Of a DNA stretch of 64,000 nt, positions 26,021 through 39,114 are shown one piece after another. How positions within the stretch are numbered: the first letter of the stretch is position 1; every line of letters starts with the position of its first letter. The translations under genes were made by a program, and so were the position numbers. The stretch is from Octopus vulgaris (lineage: Eukaryota), in the NCBI GenBank assembly GCA_951406725.2, contig OX597828.1, positions 31,496,001 through 31,560,000 on the forward strand. The letters run 5' to 3'. A model generated the notes under the pieces. It searched no databases, had not been told where the DNA came from, and was given only the letters and a program-made list of their open reading frames with translations.

Positions 26021-26311
26021 GGGTATCTTTTTTTTCTTCAGAAATGTAAATAAACCCAATCTGTTTCTTAAACGAGGGACATACTCATACGGCACAGAAT
26101 GGTTTTTGTAACTCAATAGACGTCAGTGATTGGTTGAAATTGCAGAAATTGAAGAAAAAAACAACGACAAATATATTACAAACTATAGAATTTTCTCAAT
26201 AAAGCCAAGAGAAAAAGATGTGTTATAAACACATTCTACCAGTATATGAAGTTTAAAATGTTTTAGTTACCTAGAATTATGTTAAAAACTGCCGTTCAAA
26301 CAGAAAAGATC
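26021..26311 (+). mobile_element. 3' half of the MITE family found intact at 60065-60497
   Basis: Near-identical to ~60210-60497 and ends in AACTGCCGTTCAAACAGAAAAGATCC. Confidence 0.9.
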
Positions 26312-27576
26312 CCCTACTTCTATCTTTGAATACCATCCATAGGACGAGAATCATAACAGTGCACGTTAGGATAAAAATGTGATCCTATTTTATATTAGGG
26401 ACCAATATGAAGAATCTCAGTAGAGTAAGAGAATCAATATAACATGATACTCTATATGGAAGTTAAAAGTTATCATTAAGTACAATCATGGTTATATATA
26501 ACTTATACTTCTGTTCATTCACCCATCGAAATATTTCGCAGGAAAATTACGTATCATTTTGACTAATAACTTTAAAACCCAACACAAATTCCCATCTATA
26601 GATTTATGTTTAAGCTGGGAATATCACTTTAGCGTTTACTTAATTTCTGTATTCACTTCAGTTAATGTTATTTGAGGGTATTCTCTAATATTTGCTATAA
26701 GGGTCCAAGATGTACTAAGTGGGCCAACAAGTTCAAAAGCTACGAGTTAATGATCAGTACAATTACATATATATCAGAGAGTCTTTGATTACTCACAAAT
26801 AACTCGTCCGGGAAAAATATAAATTCTCTAGATATCTTTGAAATCAATGAAGTATAGTACGAATATTTGCCATGGAATATCAAATCAACCTTTGAACCTT
26901 GAATAGCATTAGACATACACTATGTTCAGAATGTGTGCATTTTTCTCTTATGGTAACTAACGCTCTAGAACCAACATCACATGCATCTCTTATTCAAATA
27001 AAATATAAATTGTCAATTCAGTGCGACCAATGAAAAATTAAAATACTGTTTGAACATGAGAGATCAATCTCCAGAAAAAAAAGTCAAAAGAGCAGTCTTT
27101 GAAGGTGTATGTTTGATCGTAACGATGATGGTTTTTAAGAAGTTCAATTGAGGTTAGCTTACTCAGTATTATCAAACATCAAATATTAAGAAAAAAAAAA
27201 GCTTCAGTAGATTCAGAAGAAGAGTTAACTTCAAGTACATTTATAGAACCTGTAGGCGACTTTAAAATAACGAACGAAACACATACATATACTCACACAC
27301 GCACAAAGAGATGGAGGCATAAATGCCAAATGACTCGACCAGAATGAATTACACATCCAAGTGGAAGCGCACGTGTGTGATGTGATTTGTATGAGTTCAT
27401 ATATGTCTGTGTATGCCTCTCCAGCTATACACACATGTGTGTAACATGTGTATGCAAGTATAGCATAGAATAGTATATGTGTGTGTATATATATGTATAT
27501 ATATATATATTATAAATATATGAATATATGTTAATGTTTATTTATATATCTATCAATCAATCTATCTCCCTCTCCC

Positions 27577-27641
<65 letters not shown>

Positions 27642-27659
27642 CTAATACATAAACACGTA

Positions 27660-27880
27660 AAGAGGCAGCTGCGAGCTGCCAGAATATTTAGCCCGTCGAA
27701 GAAGATGATCAGTGTCATTTCATCCCTCTAATGTACTAGGTTCAAATACCACCGACGTCATCTTTGCATTTGATGCTTTCGCTGGTGATAATAAGAAGTC
27801 CTGTTGAACACTCAGGGTCGATGAAAGCGCCTAGTCCTCCAAATGAAATATAGGACTTCCGCCTGTCGAAACAAAAAAGA
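27660..27880 (+). mobile_element. SINE family B, highly degraded
   Basis: GCGAGCTGCCAGAAT head, GGTTCAAATACCACCGACGTC core. Confidence 0.55.
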
Positions 27881-30749
27881 TTTAAATATTCCACTTATAC
27901 ATCTGGTGTCTACACCACCTGTTTTCGTCCTTTCTTTCTTTGTGAATTCTCCGCCCGATATATACATATAAACATATATATATATATATATAGCCACACA
28001 GTCACTCCATGCGTTATACGTATATTCATATCATATAGGATAAAAGACGTTCCATCACGACTTGTCTGTAACTTAACAGGAAACATATTTTTCCTTCTGA
28101 ATCGTAGTTCTAAACGTTTTATTTTACAAATGGCCACCCTTATTCTTATCTAATAACATTATGCAAGAATGCTTCGAATAACAAAATGCACATCGACAAA
28201 ATGTTTGATTTTCGTAGGAATACTCACTCATATACGCACTATATCTCACAAATTCGCTGTCTTCGATGCATGCAGCAATGCTCTCAAAGAGCAACGGTTT
28301 CCCTTCTTTGAATTCGCTATACTTACATTTTCGCTGAAATCTATTGTCTACCTGCTTCCGCTAAAGTCTAACAGTTTTCAATATCCTTGAAGAGTGCCTT
28401 CATGAAGCAAACCCATACTCTTTATTTCAAAACTAGAACATATTTCATTCCCCAAAAGATTATTGATATTCTACAATTAAAGCCGGAGAAATTGAACATT
28501 TAAATGCAACGCACAACAGAATACTAGTGTCGCTGCTTTGAACAATAATACTCGAGAATATATATATAGAAATCGAATGAGCCAACAGGTGACATAATGT
28601 CACTATCGCACATTGAAACCTCTGGTCCACAGGCATGCTCTGTTGTATCTATGAGTTTCCTATTGATATTATAATTGGCTCTACACATCAGGTTGTTGGA
28701 TTAATGTTACCTGAACTTAAACATTTCATTTCCAATCATCTATCCTCCTTCCTTTGACCTCTTTAATTCCAACGTTATCCGGACCAGCATTGATTGCTTC
28801 TTGAATGTTGATACTCTGGAATTCCCTGCCCCTCGCTATATTTCCTGGAGATGTTGAGTTACAAATTAGGAGAAGCATACTAAGAGTACTAATAACACTG
28901 GCATTGCATGGAATGCCGGGGGCATTTCCCCTAACTTCTGCCCCAGGAATCAAAAATGTATTGAGCAAAAAAAATTCGCAAAGCTTATCAATCTCGAAGA
29001 GGGTTAACGAAACGTGTTAATTGTTATAAACTTGTTTTGGGAGAATAAGTGGATTCCTGATTATATGGCAGAACTGCATTGTTCTCGCTTTTGTATGAAC
29101 TATACTGCTGTTCCATGTGTTCTGTATTCACACATTGTCTCAGTCGAATTGCTTAACTTTGTATGTTAACACAAAAGTTCATCCATATTACCCTGTATAC
29201 AAAAGACCTTTTAGTACGGCATATGGTTACAGCAGTAAACAATAATTTGCTCAACACTAGATAAAACGCTATTATCAGAGATGTTGGTTTTAAAGGATTA
29301 CGATGCGCATAATAACATGGAATGCATTATGTGTGTCATCAAACGTTAGATTATCAGATACACGCGATCCAATAGAGACCGCGGCGTGTTATCCATATTC
29401 ACTTGACCAGCATTCGTTTTCTTTATAACACTAATGTTCTCGCAGCAAACTCGAATATCAAACTGTTTCATATACTCCCTGATATAAAAAGTATCTGTGC
29501 TTATAGAAAATTAATGATGAGCAATACCCATTCCCATATTCATAAAACTGGAATCGCTTTCACCTATGACTATGATATGAAGAACTGTGGTTATTATGTT
29601 TGATGTTTTTAAGAGTAAGTAATTGTATTATATTGCCAATCCTGTAACCGTGTACAGTATGGTATAATGACATAAGAGAGCCTTTCCAAAATTATTATTA
29701 TTTGTTAACCATTGACTTATGACGAGTCCTCACTTGGAATAAATAATAATGCAATACATAGAATACTAACATTATTCCTTTAAAAAAAGACAATTAAACT
29801 TTATACATGCTGCCTTTAACGCCCATGGTACCGATATATTATTGCACTGCTATAACGTTTGATATTAGCAGATCAATAATAATTATACGATGAATCTGTA
29901 CAACTCATCTGAAACGTAGTAAAGAGTACGCTTGAAACGCTAACAGAATAGTCACCTGTTATGAAGGGTTTCTACTATTTCAAATACTACACATTTTTGT
30001 TCTTATATTCCTTGTAGAACGGATTCTGGTGCTTCTAACACGTAAACACATACATTTTGAAAAAAAAAGTTAATCCCTTGATAATACCCGCATTGACCCT
30101 TTACTCTTAACAGTTTGGAACCATTCAGCGTTGAATTGTTCTTTAAAATATTTTCTACCCTGTATATAATACTTCTTTGAATGACTATACTTTAGAAATC
30201 ACTAACATATGGCATCATTAAACGGAATCTATACTCCTCTTTCATCTTCTCTCTCATTCTCCCTACAATAAGACTGATCGTTGCACCACGGACCATCTTA
30301 ATAGCCGTCATTGATAATGTCCTTGATGGTTACAGATTAATTACTTTATGAACCTATTTACAGCAAAGGGAAATTTGCCATTACACACAAACATACACAC
30401 ACACAAACACACACATTTGTTTATATGTTTGGGTTACAGAACAAAGCCGATTAACCGTATATATCACATCGACCCTTCGATAGTTAGATCAGTATTTTAT
30501 CGATTCTGTCAGCTGCTTCACGCTGTTTTGGATTTTGGTGACATTATTCCTTGTACTGTTCTATATAATTTGCTGCTGCTGCAACTATACCAGGCACTAA
30601 TGATTACTAGTACTGTAGCTACTATTGCTAACATCGACGCTCTGATTGTACTCCTGCTACTGATATTGTAGTAGGTAATTTAGATAATGTTCTCCTGCTA
30701 CAGTGAACAAAAGATTACACACCATTTCCCATGCTTGTTTATTGTAGTA

Positions 30750-31588
30750 GTTGTCGCGAAAGAAACAGCTCCATCTGCTGTTGCTGCCGCTGCTGCTGCT
30801 ACTGCTGCTGCTGCTGGTGTTCTTACTGCTGCTGTTCGTGCTGCTACTTGTTGTTGTTGCTGCTGTTTCTTCTGAAACTGTCGTTTCTGCTGCTTTTCTT
30901 TTTTGTTTTTACTTCACAATGTTTCCCACTTCATGTGTTGAAAATAATATCCTTTTCGTTGTTGCTGTTGTTGTTGTTGTCTTACCTCCCACGACTGCTG
31001 CCACTCTTATTGTTTTGCCACTTAAATGCTGCAGCGATTACCGTGATTTCACTTAGGATTATATATACATGTAAAGATTATTATGACACAATTCTCCATG
31101 TATTTTTTTTTCTTGTTTTTATTTTTTTTTGCATTAGTTATTACAAAGATGCAGCTGTTATTGTTACCACGTCTATATACTTCTTATTGAATACACCATC
31201 TTTGCTATTCATATATGCATCATCATCATCATCATCATCATCATCAAGAACATCATCATCATCGTCGTCATCATCATCATCATCATCATCATCATCACCA
31301 TCATCATCTATCTTCTTCTTCTTCTTCTTCGTTTTTCTTCTTCTTCGTCATCGCCATCATCGTTATTATAATTACTCATGTTTTTTTTTATCGTAATGGA
31401 GGATGTTGTTGCTGTTCTTGTTCCTCTTCTTTTCTTTTTTTCTGTTCTTTTTCTTCTGCTTCTTCTATTATTATACCAGCAGCAACAGCAGCAGTGGTGT
31501 TGTTGTTGGTGGTGGTGGTGGTAGTCAAGCCATGAGCTGGCAGGGCTTTTCAGCAGCAGCAGCAGCAGTAGTTGTAGCAGCACTAGTT

Positions 31589-31620
<32 letters not shown>
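30750..31620. repeat. Compound trinucleotide low-complexity field (GCT, GTT, CAT, CTT, GCA, GTA)
   Basis: Direct reading; gives homopolymer ORFs in several frames. Confidence 0.9.
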
Positions 31621-31639
31621 CAGGCCGTTAGCTAGGAGG

Positions 31640-31790
31640 TTTTATTCTTCATTACGTTATGAGTTCAAATTCCGTCGAGATTGACTTCACTTTTCAGCCA
31701 TCGAAGAAAACACAACGTACCATTCAAGTTTATATATTCCTCTACGTTCCTCCCACCAACATTGCAGGCCTCGTGCCAAAATTTCAAGCA
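31640..31790 (+). mobile_element. SINE family B fragment
   Basis: ACGTTATGAGTTCAAATTCCGTCGAGATTGACTT. Confidence 0.65.
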
Positions 31791-31819
31791 TTTATTTTTA
31801 TTATTTATTTAATTATTTA

Positions 31820-32222
31820 TACTCTTTACTCTTTACTCTTTTACTTGTTTCAGTCATTTTGACTGCGGCCATGCTGGAGCACCGCCTTTAGTCGAGCAAA
31901 TCGACCCCGGGACTTATTATTTGTAAGCCCAGTGCTTATTCTATCGGTCTCTTTTGCCGAACCGCTAAGTGACGGGGACGTAAACACACAGGCATCGGTT
32001 GTCAAGCAATGCTAGGGGGACAAACACAGACACACAAACACACACACACATATACATATATATATATATATATACATATATACGACAGGCTTCTTTCAGT
32101 TTCCGTCTACCAAATCCACTCACAAGGCATTGGTCGGCCCGGGGCTATAGCAGAAGACACTTGCCCAAGATGCCACGCAGTGGGACTGAACCCGGAACCA
32201 TGTGGTTGGTTAGCAAGCTACT
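31820..32222 (-). mobile_element. SINE family A, near full length
   Basis: Reverse complement of 1670-2050 with a (TACTCTT)n tail. Confidence 0.9.
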
Positions 32223-32759
32223 TCTGGTTTTTTTTTTGTTGCTACTTCTTGTTCTTAGCGTATAAATAACACCACGCTTTTCTTTTATTATTGTAGCTTA
32301 GGTTATATTTACTTTGCTACTAGTTCTTTTATCCGTTGCTGGTACTGTTCTTGCAGCTCTTACAACTACAATTTCTATTGCTGTTATTCCGATTGCTAAC
32401 AGTGGTAATACACACATACATATGTACACAAATTATAATATAAACGTCTCAGATCTAATTATAATGCAATATGACACATTGCGTTCACATTACCCCAATA
32501 TTTGCAATTTGTAATTGCTTATTCTGGCTGTATTTGGGTACTTCTATTTCATTATATTCGTTGAAGTTACTCCATAGACATGCTTTACCAAGGAGAGAAT
32601 TGAATGATTGTCTTATCCAGATTGGAGGTCTACAATTGGAGCAAGAGAAATGGAACATTTAAATGCAAACTCTCTTGGCCAATACTTATTTAATCTATTG
32701 GCAACAATTACAAAAAACAATCTTTGAAAAAAGAAAAGTTAAGGAACATATCGTATGTA

Positions 32760-33661
32760 GAGGATGTCAATAAAGTGTCTTTACAATTTAAAAAAGTTAT
32801 TACAAAGGCAGTTGATGAAATATTTAAACCAGATTAGTTTTATTTTTAATAATTGTTTATTAAAGATTCTATTAATATAGAATTTGTGTTTCACATACAC
32901 TGTTGTTGGAAGGGAACTGATTCACTGAACCTCTATAAAATTAGGATGAAGCATTCCTCAAGCGAGTTTGTTTTAGTGACGAGGCGACTGTCATGTTTCA
33001 GGGAAATTAAACAAACACAATGTGAGAATCTGGGAATCGGAACACCCCCATGTGACTAGGGAGATTCAACGGGATAGTCCAAAAGTGAATGTGCGTGTGG
33101 AATTATGTGCAATCGAATAATTGGTTGATTTTTCTTCAACGTGGCAACAATTACTGCAGACGTTTACCTCCACCTTCTGGCTGAATATGTGGTATCACAA
33201 CTGATTGATTTACAACCAGCCATCATTTTCCAGCAAGATGGCGCACCACCACATTGGGAACGGCCTGTTCGTCAGTTCCTCAATCAAACATTTCCAGACT
33301 GATGGATTGGAAGGGATGGGTCAATTCCAGATATCACTCCCTTGGACTTCTTTTTTATGGGTTTATGTAAAAGATATTGTGTATCAAACAAAGATATGGG
33401 ACATTGCTGACTTGAAGCAAAAGATTCGTAATGCCATTGCCACCGTTGATGAGGCTATCCTACAGCGAACATGGCAAGAAATCGAGTACTGTCTTGAAGT
33501 GCTTCGCGCAACTAATGGTGCCCATATTGAGGTCTATTAAATAACAGTTAAAAATGCTTTAATAAACAATTATTACAATAAAATAGATCTGGTTAAGATA
33601 TCTTGTCAACTGCCTTTGTAATAAAATTGTAAACTTGTAAAGAGACTTTATGGACACCCTG
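32760..33661 (+). mobile_element. Internally deleted DD41D/rosa-like Tc1/mariner with ~85-bp TIRs and TA TSD
   Basis: TA|GAGGATGTCAATAAAGTGTCTTTACAA... and ...TTGTAAAGAGACTTTATGGACACCCTG|TA; FSDEA, NVRIW, FQQDGAPPHW, DITPLDFFLW.YVKD.VY, NGAHIE motifs; no N-terminal DNA-binding region. Confidence 0.85.
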
Positions 33662-34687
33662 TATATCGTTTATTGCAAAAGTTGTAGATTCTTTAGTTAA
33701 CATGCAGCATATTTTTGCTCAATAATTCCGAATGGTGATCATCTGCTTTATCGGTCATCAGACTGAATATCGTGTATCTGTCTTCGCAGGAAGAAATCAG
33801 TTTTGGTATTGCTTGCTAATTAGTATTGTGTTCAAAATGGAACCGCATCAGAGTGACAGTATGAATTCAGTATCCTACATGATTTATTATAACAAACTAC
33901 ATTTTATTGCTTTTATCATTAATATGTTGGCTCGGAACAACTACAAGGTCGCTCAAACTAACAGGAACAGAAGTAAAATCTCTTTCAAATTACACGTTTC
34001 CATCTTAAAGAAAAGAAAAGTTAAGCACATAGGAAAACAGCAACAAAAAGACAATTGTTCACTTCTGAATGTTCGTCTGCTTCGAATATAGAACTGAGCA
34101 TATATCGATTGAAATTGGCCTACTGAATTAAATCGTCTGAAATATATCTGCCATAATAGGACTTTTTAAAAGTCGTAACGTAAAACAAGAACAAAAGTGT
34201 ACCATTTCATACAAGTAGTTTTGAAGTTATATCTTAAATATGTTCATCGTTCTTCAAGACCAAAGCGTCTTAAAATGTCAAATGCGTTTTAAGAATAATA
34301 TCCAAATAAATTGATTGACGGCGTTACGTAGGAGCCTGAGTTAAGTTTATAGCATTAATAATATAGATTTAAAGTGTACTTTAATTTCCTATTAAGCAAT
34401 ATCAACAATGCCAATTATTCTGCTTCGCCTACCGAACACACGGTTTCATTTCACTGTGTTCTCTTATATATAAATGCAGTGTAGACCAGAACATCTACTC
34501 TCACTCTCCGTCTCTCTCTCTGTCCCTCTGTCTCTGTCTCTCTCTACAACACAGAATTTTTTTCTTGGAATAAAGAAGTGGAAACAAATAGTATTTTACT
34601 CACCTTACTAATTATTGGCGATTGCGAGTTATGATTATCTGAATAGTCCTGAATGCTGAATCGATATTATATCTAAGTAATATCTGT

Positions 34688-34911
34688 TTCTTTATTGCCC
34701 ACAAGAGGCTAAACATTGAGGGGACAAACAAGGACAGACAAACGGATTAAGTCGATTACATCGACCCCAGTGCGTAACTGGTACTTAATTTATCGACCAC
34801 GAAAGGATGAAAAGCAAAGTCGACCTCGGCGGAATTTGAACTCAGAACGCAACGACAGACGCAATACCGCTAAGCATTTCGCCCGGTCTGCTAACGTTTC
34901 TGCCAGCTCGC
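34688..34911 (-). mobile_element. SINE family B, full monomer with 15-bp TSD
   Basis: CTAAGTAATATCTGT at 34673-34687 and 34912-34926. Confidence 0.92.
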
Positions 34912-37891
34912 CTAAGTAATATCTGTGATCCACAGCCACAGTCTGACACTCTGACTAAAATAAATAATTCACACACACAACATAGCCATGCAACTTCCGA
35001 AATGCATGCGGTACGAAATGCAGCACAGAACAAATATAAGGTGAGAGGGAAAATCACAAAAATAAGTATGAAGTGATAGTGAAAAAAAATGGTTAACATC
35101 CGTTAAGTCGTAAGTTTAAGACCGAATTACAGCCTTTCTTCAACCTTATACGAACATAGTTTTATACTGTATACATTGTATCCAAAGTCTGGGCAAATTT
35201 ACTTTGCTTTGTAGAATTTCCTTGACTATTTATTCTAAAATCTCAACAATACCTTCATATGTTAATTGCGCACGAATTGATTAGGCGAAATAATAAAATA
35301 TGCAAAGTTAACAGTAATATGAGGATCGGGATTCGGCTCCCAATAGAATAACATCAGAAAGGGGCATCATTAGGATTACTGAAATATAATATAAACATGG
35401 CTGTTATTGATTACAATTCGATAATTCAGTGTTTTATTCCATTTACTCTAAACCAATTTATCCGTCCAAGAATTCGTCAGACAATACTGATGAAATTAGA
35501 TATGATCATGGTATATTTTTAGGAATGCAAGGTACATTCTACTCAGTGATGAGATCTCTTCGTAAATCAGTAATTTTTTCACACGTCTATTTTCAAGTCT
35601 TTCCATTATAATATTATTGAAGTAATCTCTAATCTCTCTTAAAGCATTTGTGAAGCGAACTTAACATACATATTGTATCGAAAAAGCTTGCTGATAAGAA
35701 AAATTAGATTCAATATTGATCATACTTGTATTTACCATAAACATTATGTCTATTATCTTGAAATACACTATCTCTAGAAGCGAATAGTTCTCAGTCAACA
35801 AATGCCACCAAACAGAAAACAAGAACGATAAACAAGTTTAGGTCAGTTTGAATTGCGTTGCTAATATCGAAATAACACATGAACTGTTATTAACTACACA
35901 CGCTGAAATGTGAAAATAGATCAGATTCAACTATCGATAACAGTAAATGGTTCAAAAATAAAACTGAAATTAAGTCAAATAAAATGGACAGTAATATAGC
36001 CACAAAGTGATATAAGTATCACTTAAATAACATTATATCAGCTATGCATATTTCTTCAGACATACGAAAAAGATATGTTACAACTATTCCCGTTTACTCG
36101 GGAAAATACAAAATAATTATTATGCAGTATTCAAGAGAGATTAATAGACCAAAAGAGAAATATTCTTAATTTTTTAACTCAACTAGTGTTGTATTTAATA
36201 CAACACTAGTTAACGTTATAAAATATAGAAATGATGAAACATATTTCGAGAATGCTGAGAACATATTTCGAGAATGAAATATCTTATGAATATGTTCTTA
36301 GCATTCTCGAAGATTCAGCTCAGCATTGTATTTATTGCCGGCTGTAAATGCGCCTGCGTGCAGAATTTTGAAAAATTATAACATATAATGACGGGACACG
36401 TGTTATCTTGTCTCTGAATTATAAGTTAGTTATTGAGGCCGGTTACTGATGAGAATTCACCTGGCGGATAATATTGTTTTGCTAAATTACCTATTAAAGG
36501 ATGGCAAATAATCTTATTTGCTAAAGAAATTCGAAACGATGGTATAACAGCTACTAAAAATAACAAGGTAGAAGTTTTTATTTTTCGTTTACTTCGAAAA
36601 TTGCTATAAAGTCGTGGTTTTTGCGCGTGTTGGCTGCTATTTCTAGCATATAAAAATTATCTGTTAAAAGGTAATTTTCTTTAGTGTTTAAATGTACACT
36701 ATTTTAAAATATGAATATGTTGTCTATTGACAATTTATATATGCTAGGCAACAGGTAGTGATATTTATAACGAATATTCGCTACCCTATATATGTGTGTA
36801 TATATATATATATGGGAGCAAAATCCTGCGAGTTAATTTAGAAATTAAATAGGTAACAGAAAGTAATGATAATGAAAGTGTTTCATAATAGAAATATTAA
36901 CATGAAAGAGATTACGCTTACTATAAGAAAGATACGATGCAAACTAGCGACAATTTGTGAGAAAAAATAGTGTTGAAAATATATATTGGGAAAGTGAAAT
37001 ATTAAGCAAAATAGTTATTATGAGAAAATATAAAAATAAGAGAATTGTGTGAAATAGGATTATGAATGAACGAGTTAATAGCTGATCAGTTATATAAAAG
37101 GAAGTACAAAGGATATGATTGTATGATATATGCCTTGCAGAATGTGAGGTTAATTGAATAAACATTCAAGGAAAAAGTAGGGCACGACATGCAAATGAAA
37201 GGAGTGAAAAGTGAGAGAAAGACTACCACACAGATGGAAATAATTAAAAGGGTTATAACATAATATATGGCATATAGAATAAAAGCGCGTTTGAGAAAAA
37301 AAGAGAGGAAGGAAACAGTGAATAGAAGAGAAAAAAAATCAACTTTAACATCTTCCATAAATGTTAACATCTAAAAAAAAAAATGCCTCTAATGATTAAC
37401 AAAATATATAGAACAAAATAAAGCAAAATTGAATTAATTTCTAAATTAAAAATAATTTTTCACTAAGTGTTGCTTGCAAGAAACTTATTTAAATAAAAGT
37501 ACATATGAAATATGTTAACGCTGGCATCGAGCAAAGATAATTATAAGCTGCTGAGTAATACAATAGAAGGGAAATAAGTAGTTCAAATTAATTTGGATTT
37601 CAAATACAAAAACCAAAAATAAAAAATAAATCAAAAACAAAATACGACTGAGAACAAAATGTTCTCTTTTTGTGAATTTTGACACGGTTAACGATTTTCG
37701 GTAAATTATGAAAATAAATTATATACTCGCCCACAGGTATCAGTGTGTAAGTGTGTGTGAGTGAGCGTAATAACTTCGATTGCAAACCACGTATTAGAAA
37801 AATGTATTGAATAAACATCCCTGTGCGCACTATAAACTCAGCAAAAATATAATTGTCTATAAGTGTGCGTGGGTGTTCATATATATACGTA

Positions 37892-38457
37892 GGCGCAGGA
37901 GTGGCTGTGTGGTAAGTACCTTGCTTAGCAACCACATGGTGCCGGGTCCAGTCCCACTGTCTACTACTATAACCTCGAGCCAAACAAAGTCAATCAAAGC
38001 TTTGTGAGTGGATCTAATAGTAGGAAACTGAAAGAAACCCATCTTATATATACAAGACATATATGTATATGTGGAGGCGCAATGGCCCAGTGGTTAGGGC
38101 AGCGGACTCGCGGTCATAGGATCGTGGTTTCTATTCCCAGACCGAGCGTTGTGAGTGTTTATTGAGCGAAAACACCTAATAGCTCCACGAGGGTCCGGCA
38201 GGGGGTGGTGGTGATCCCTGCTGTACTCTTTCACCACAACTTTCTCTCACTCTTACTTCCTGTTTCTGTTGTACCTGTATTTCAAAGGGCCGGCCTTGTC
38301 ACCCTCTGTGTCACGATGAATATCCTCGAGAACTACGTTAAGGGTGCACGTGTCTGTTGAGTGCTCAGCCACTTACACGTTAATTTCACGAGCAGGCTGT
38401 TCCGTTGATTCGGATCAACCGGAACCCTCATCGTCGTAACCGACGGAGTGCTTCCCC

Positions 38458-38526
<69 letters not shown>

Positions 38527-38705
38527 TATATTTATCCTCCAAACTTCCGATGCTGGTGTGTTTGCGTCCCTGTAAATTAGCGGTTCGGAGAAATAGACCG
38601 ATAAAATAAGTACTAGGCTTATAAAGAATAAGTTCTGGGGTCAACTTGTTCGACTTAAGACGGTGCTCCAGCATGGCCCGCAGTCAAATTACTGAAAGAA
38701 ATAAA
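37892..38705 (+). mobile_element. SINE family A interrupted by a family C insertion
   Basis: Head 37892-38045 and tail ~38545-38705. Confidence 0.85.
38071..38455 (+). mobile_element. tRNA-derived SINE family C (young)
   Basis: A box TGGCCCAGTGG, B-box-like GTTTCTATTCCC, 3' stem-loops; ATATGTATAT flanks both sides; very similar to 43367-43751. Confidence 0.92.
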
Positions 38706-38714
38706 ATAATAAAG

Positions 38715-38774
<60 letters not shown>

Positions 38775-38779
38775 TTCAT

Positions 38780-39000
38780 GTATATCTATATATATCCAAA
38801 CATGAAAACACAAAGAGAAAACACAACAACGCAAGACTTGTAAGAAGTATAGTGTTATTGGACGCTCAAGAAACGAAAGAAAGCAGGAGGATATAGCGTT
38901 TCGAGCGGAGCTCTTCGTCAGAAATATAGAAAAAGGAATGGTTCAAGGAAGGGAAGAGGGAAAAGGAAAATAACCAACGATACACACACGGTCACTGCGA
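38780..39000 (-). mobile_element. Penelope-like pLTR fragment with hammerhead core
   Basis: Minus strand CTGACGA-A-GAGC tcc GCTC-GAAA-CGCTA at 38894-38921; stem I not convincing. Confidence 0.5.
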
Positions 39001-39114
39001 GCTATGTAAATCTTTGTTTTTCATATGAGCGGCCCAGCTTATGACGCTGCCCACAATTACTCCCTAGACTCTGATATTGTTGTATGCCACGAGATCTTCG
39101 CCTGAATTCAATGG

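Noticed and set aside
28726-29020. Overlapping 71-80-aa ORFs in a moderately GC-rich island
   Set aside because: No recognisable domain or convincing splice sites; cannot be supported
30687-31684. Long ORFs (221 aa, poly-H/S/L/C/V)
   Set aside because: They are translations of trinucleotide microsatellites open in several frames, with no domain or splice evidence
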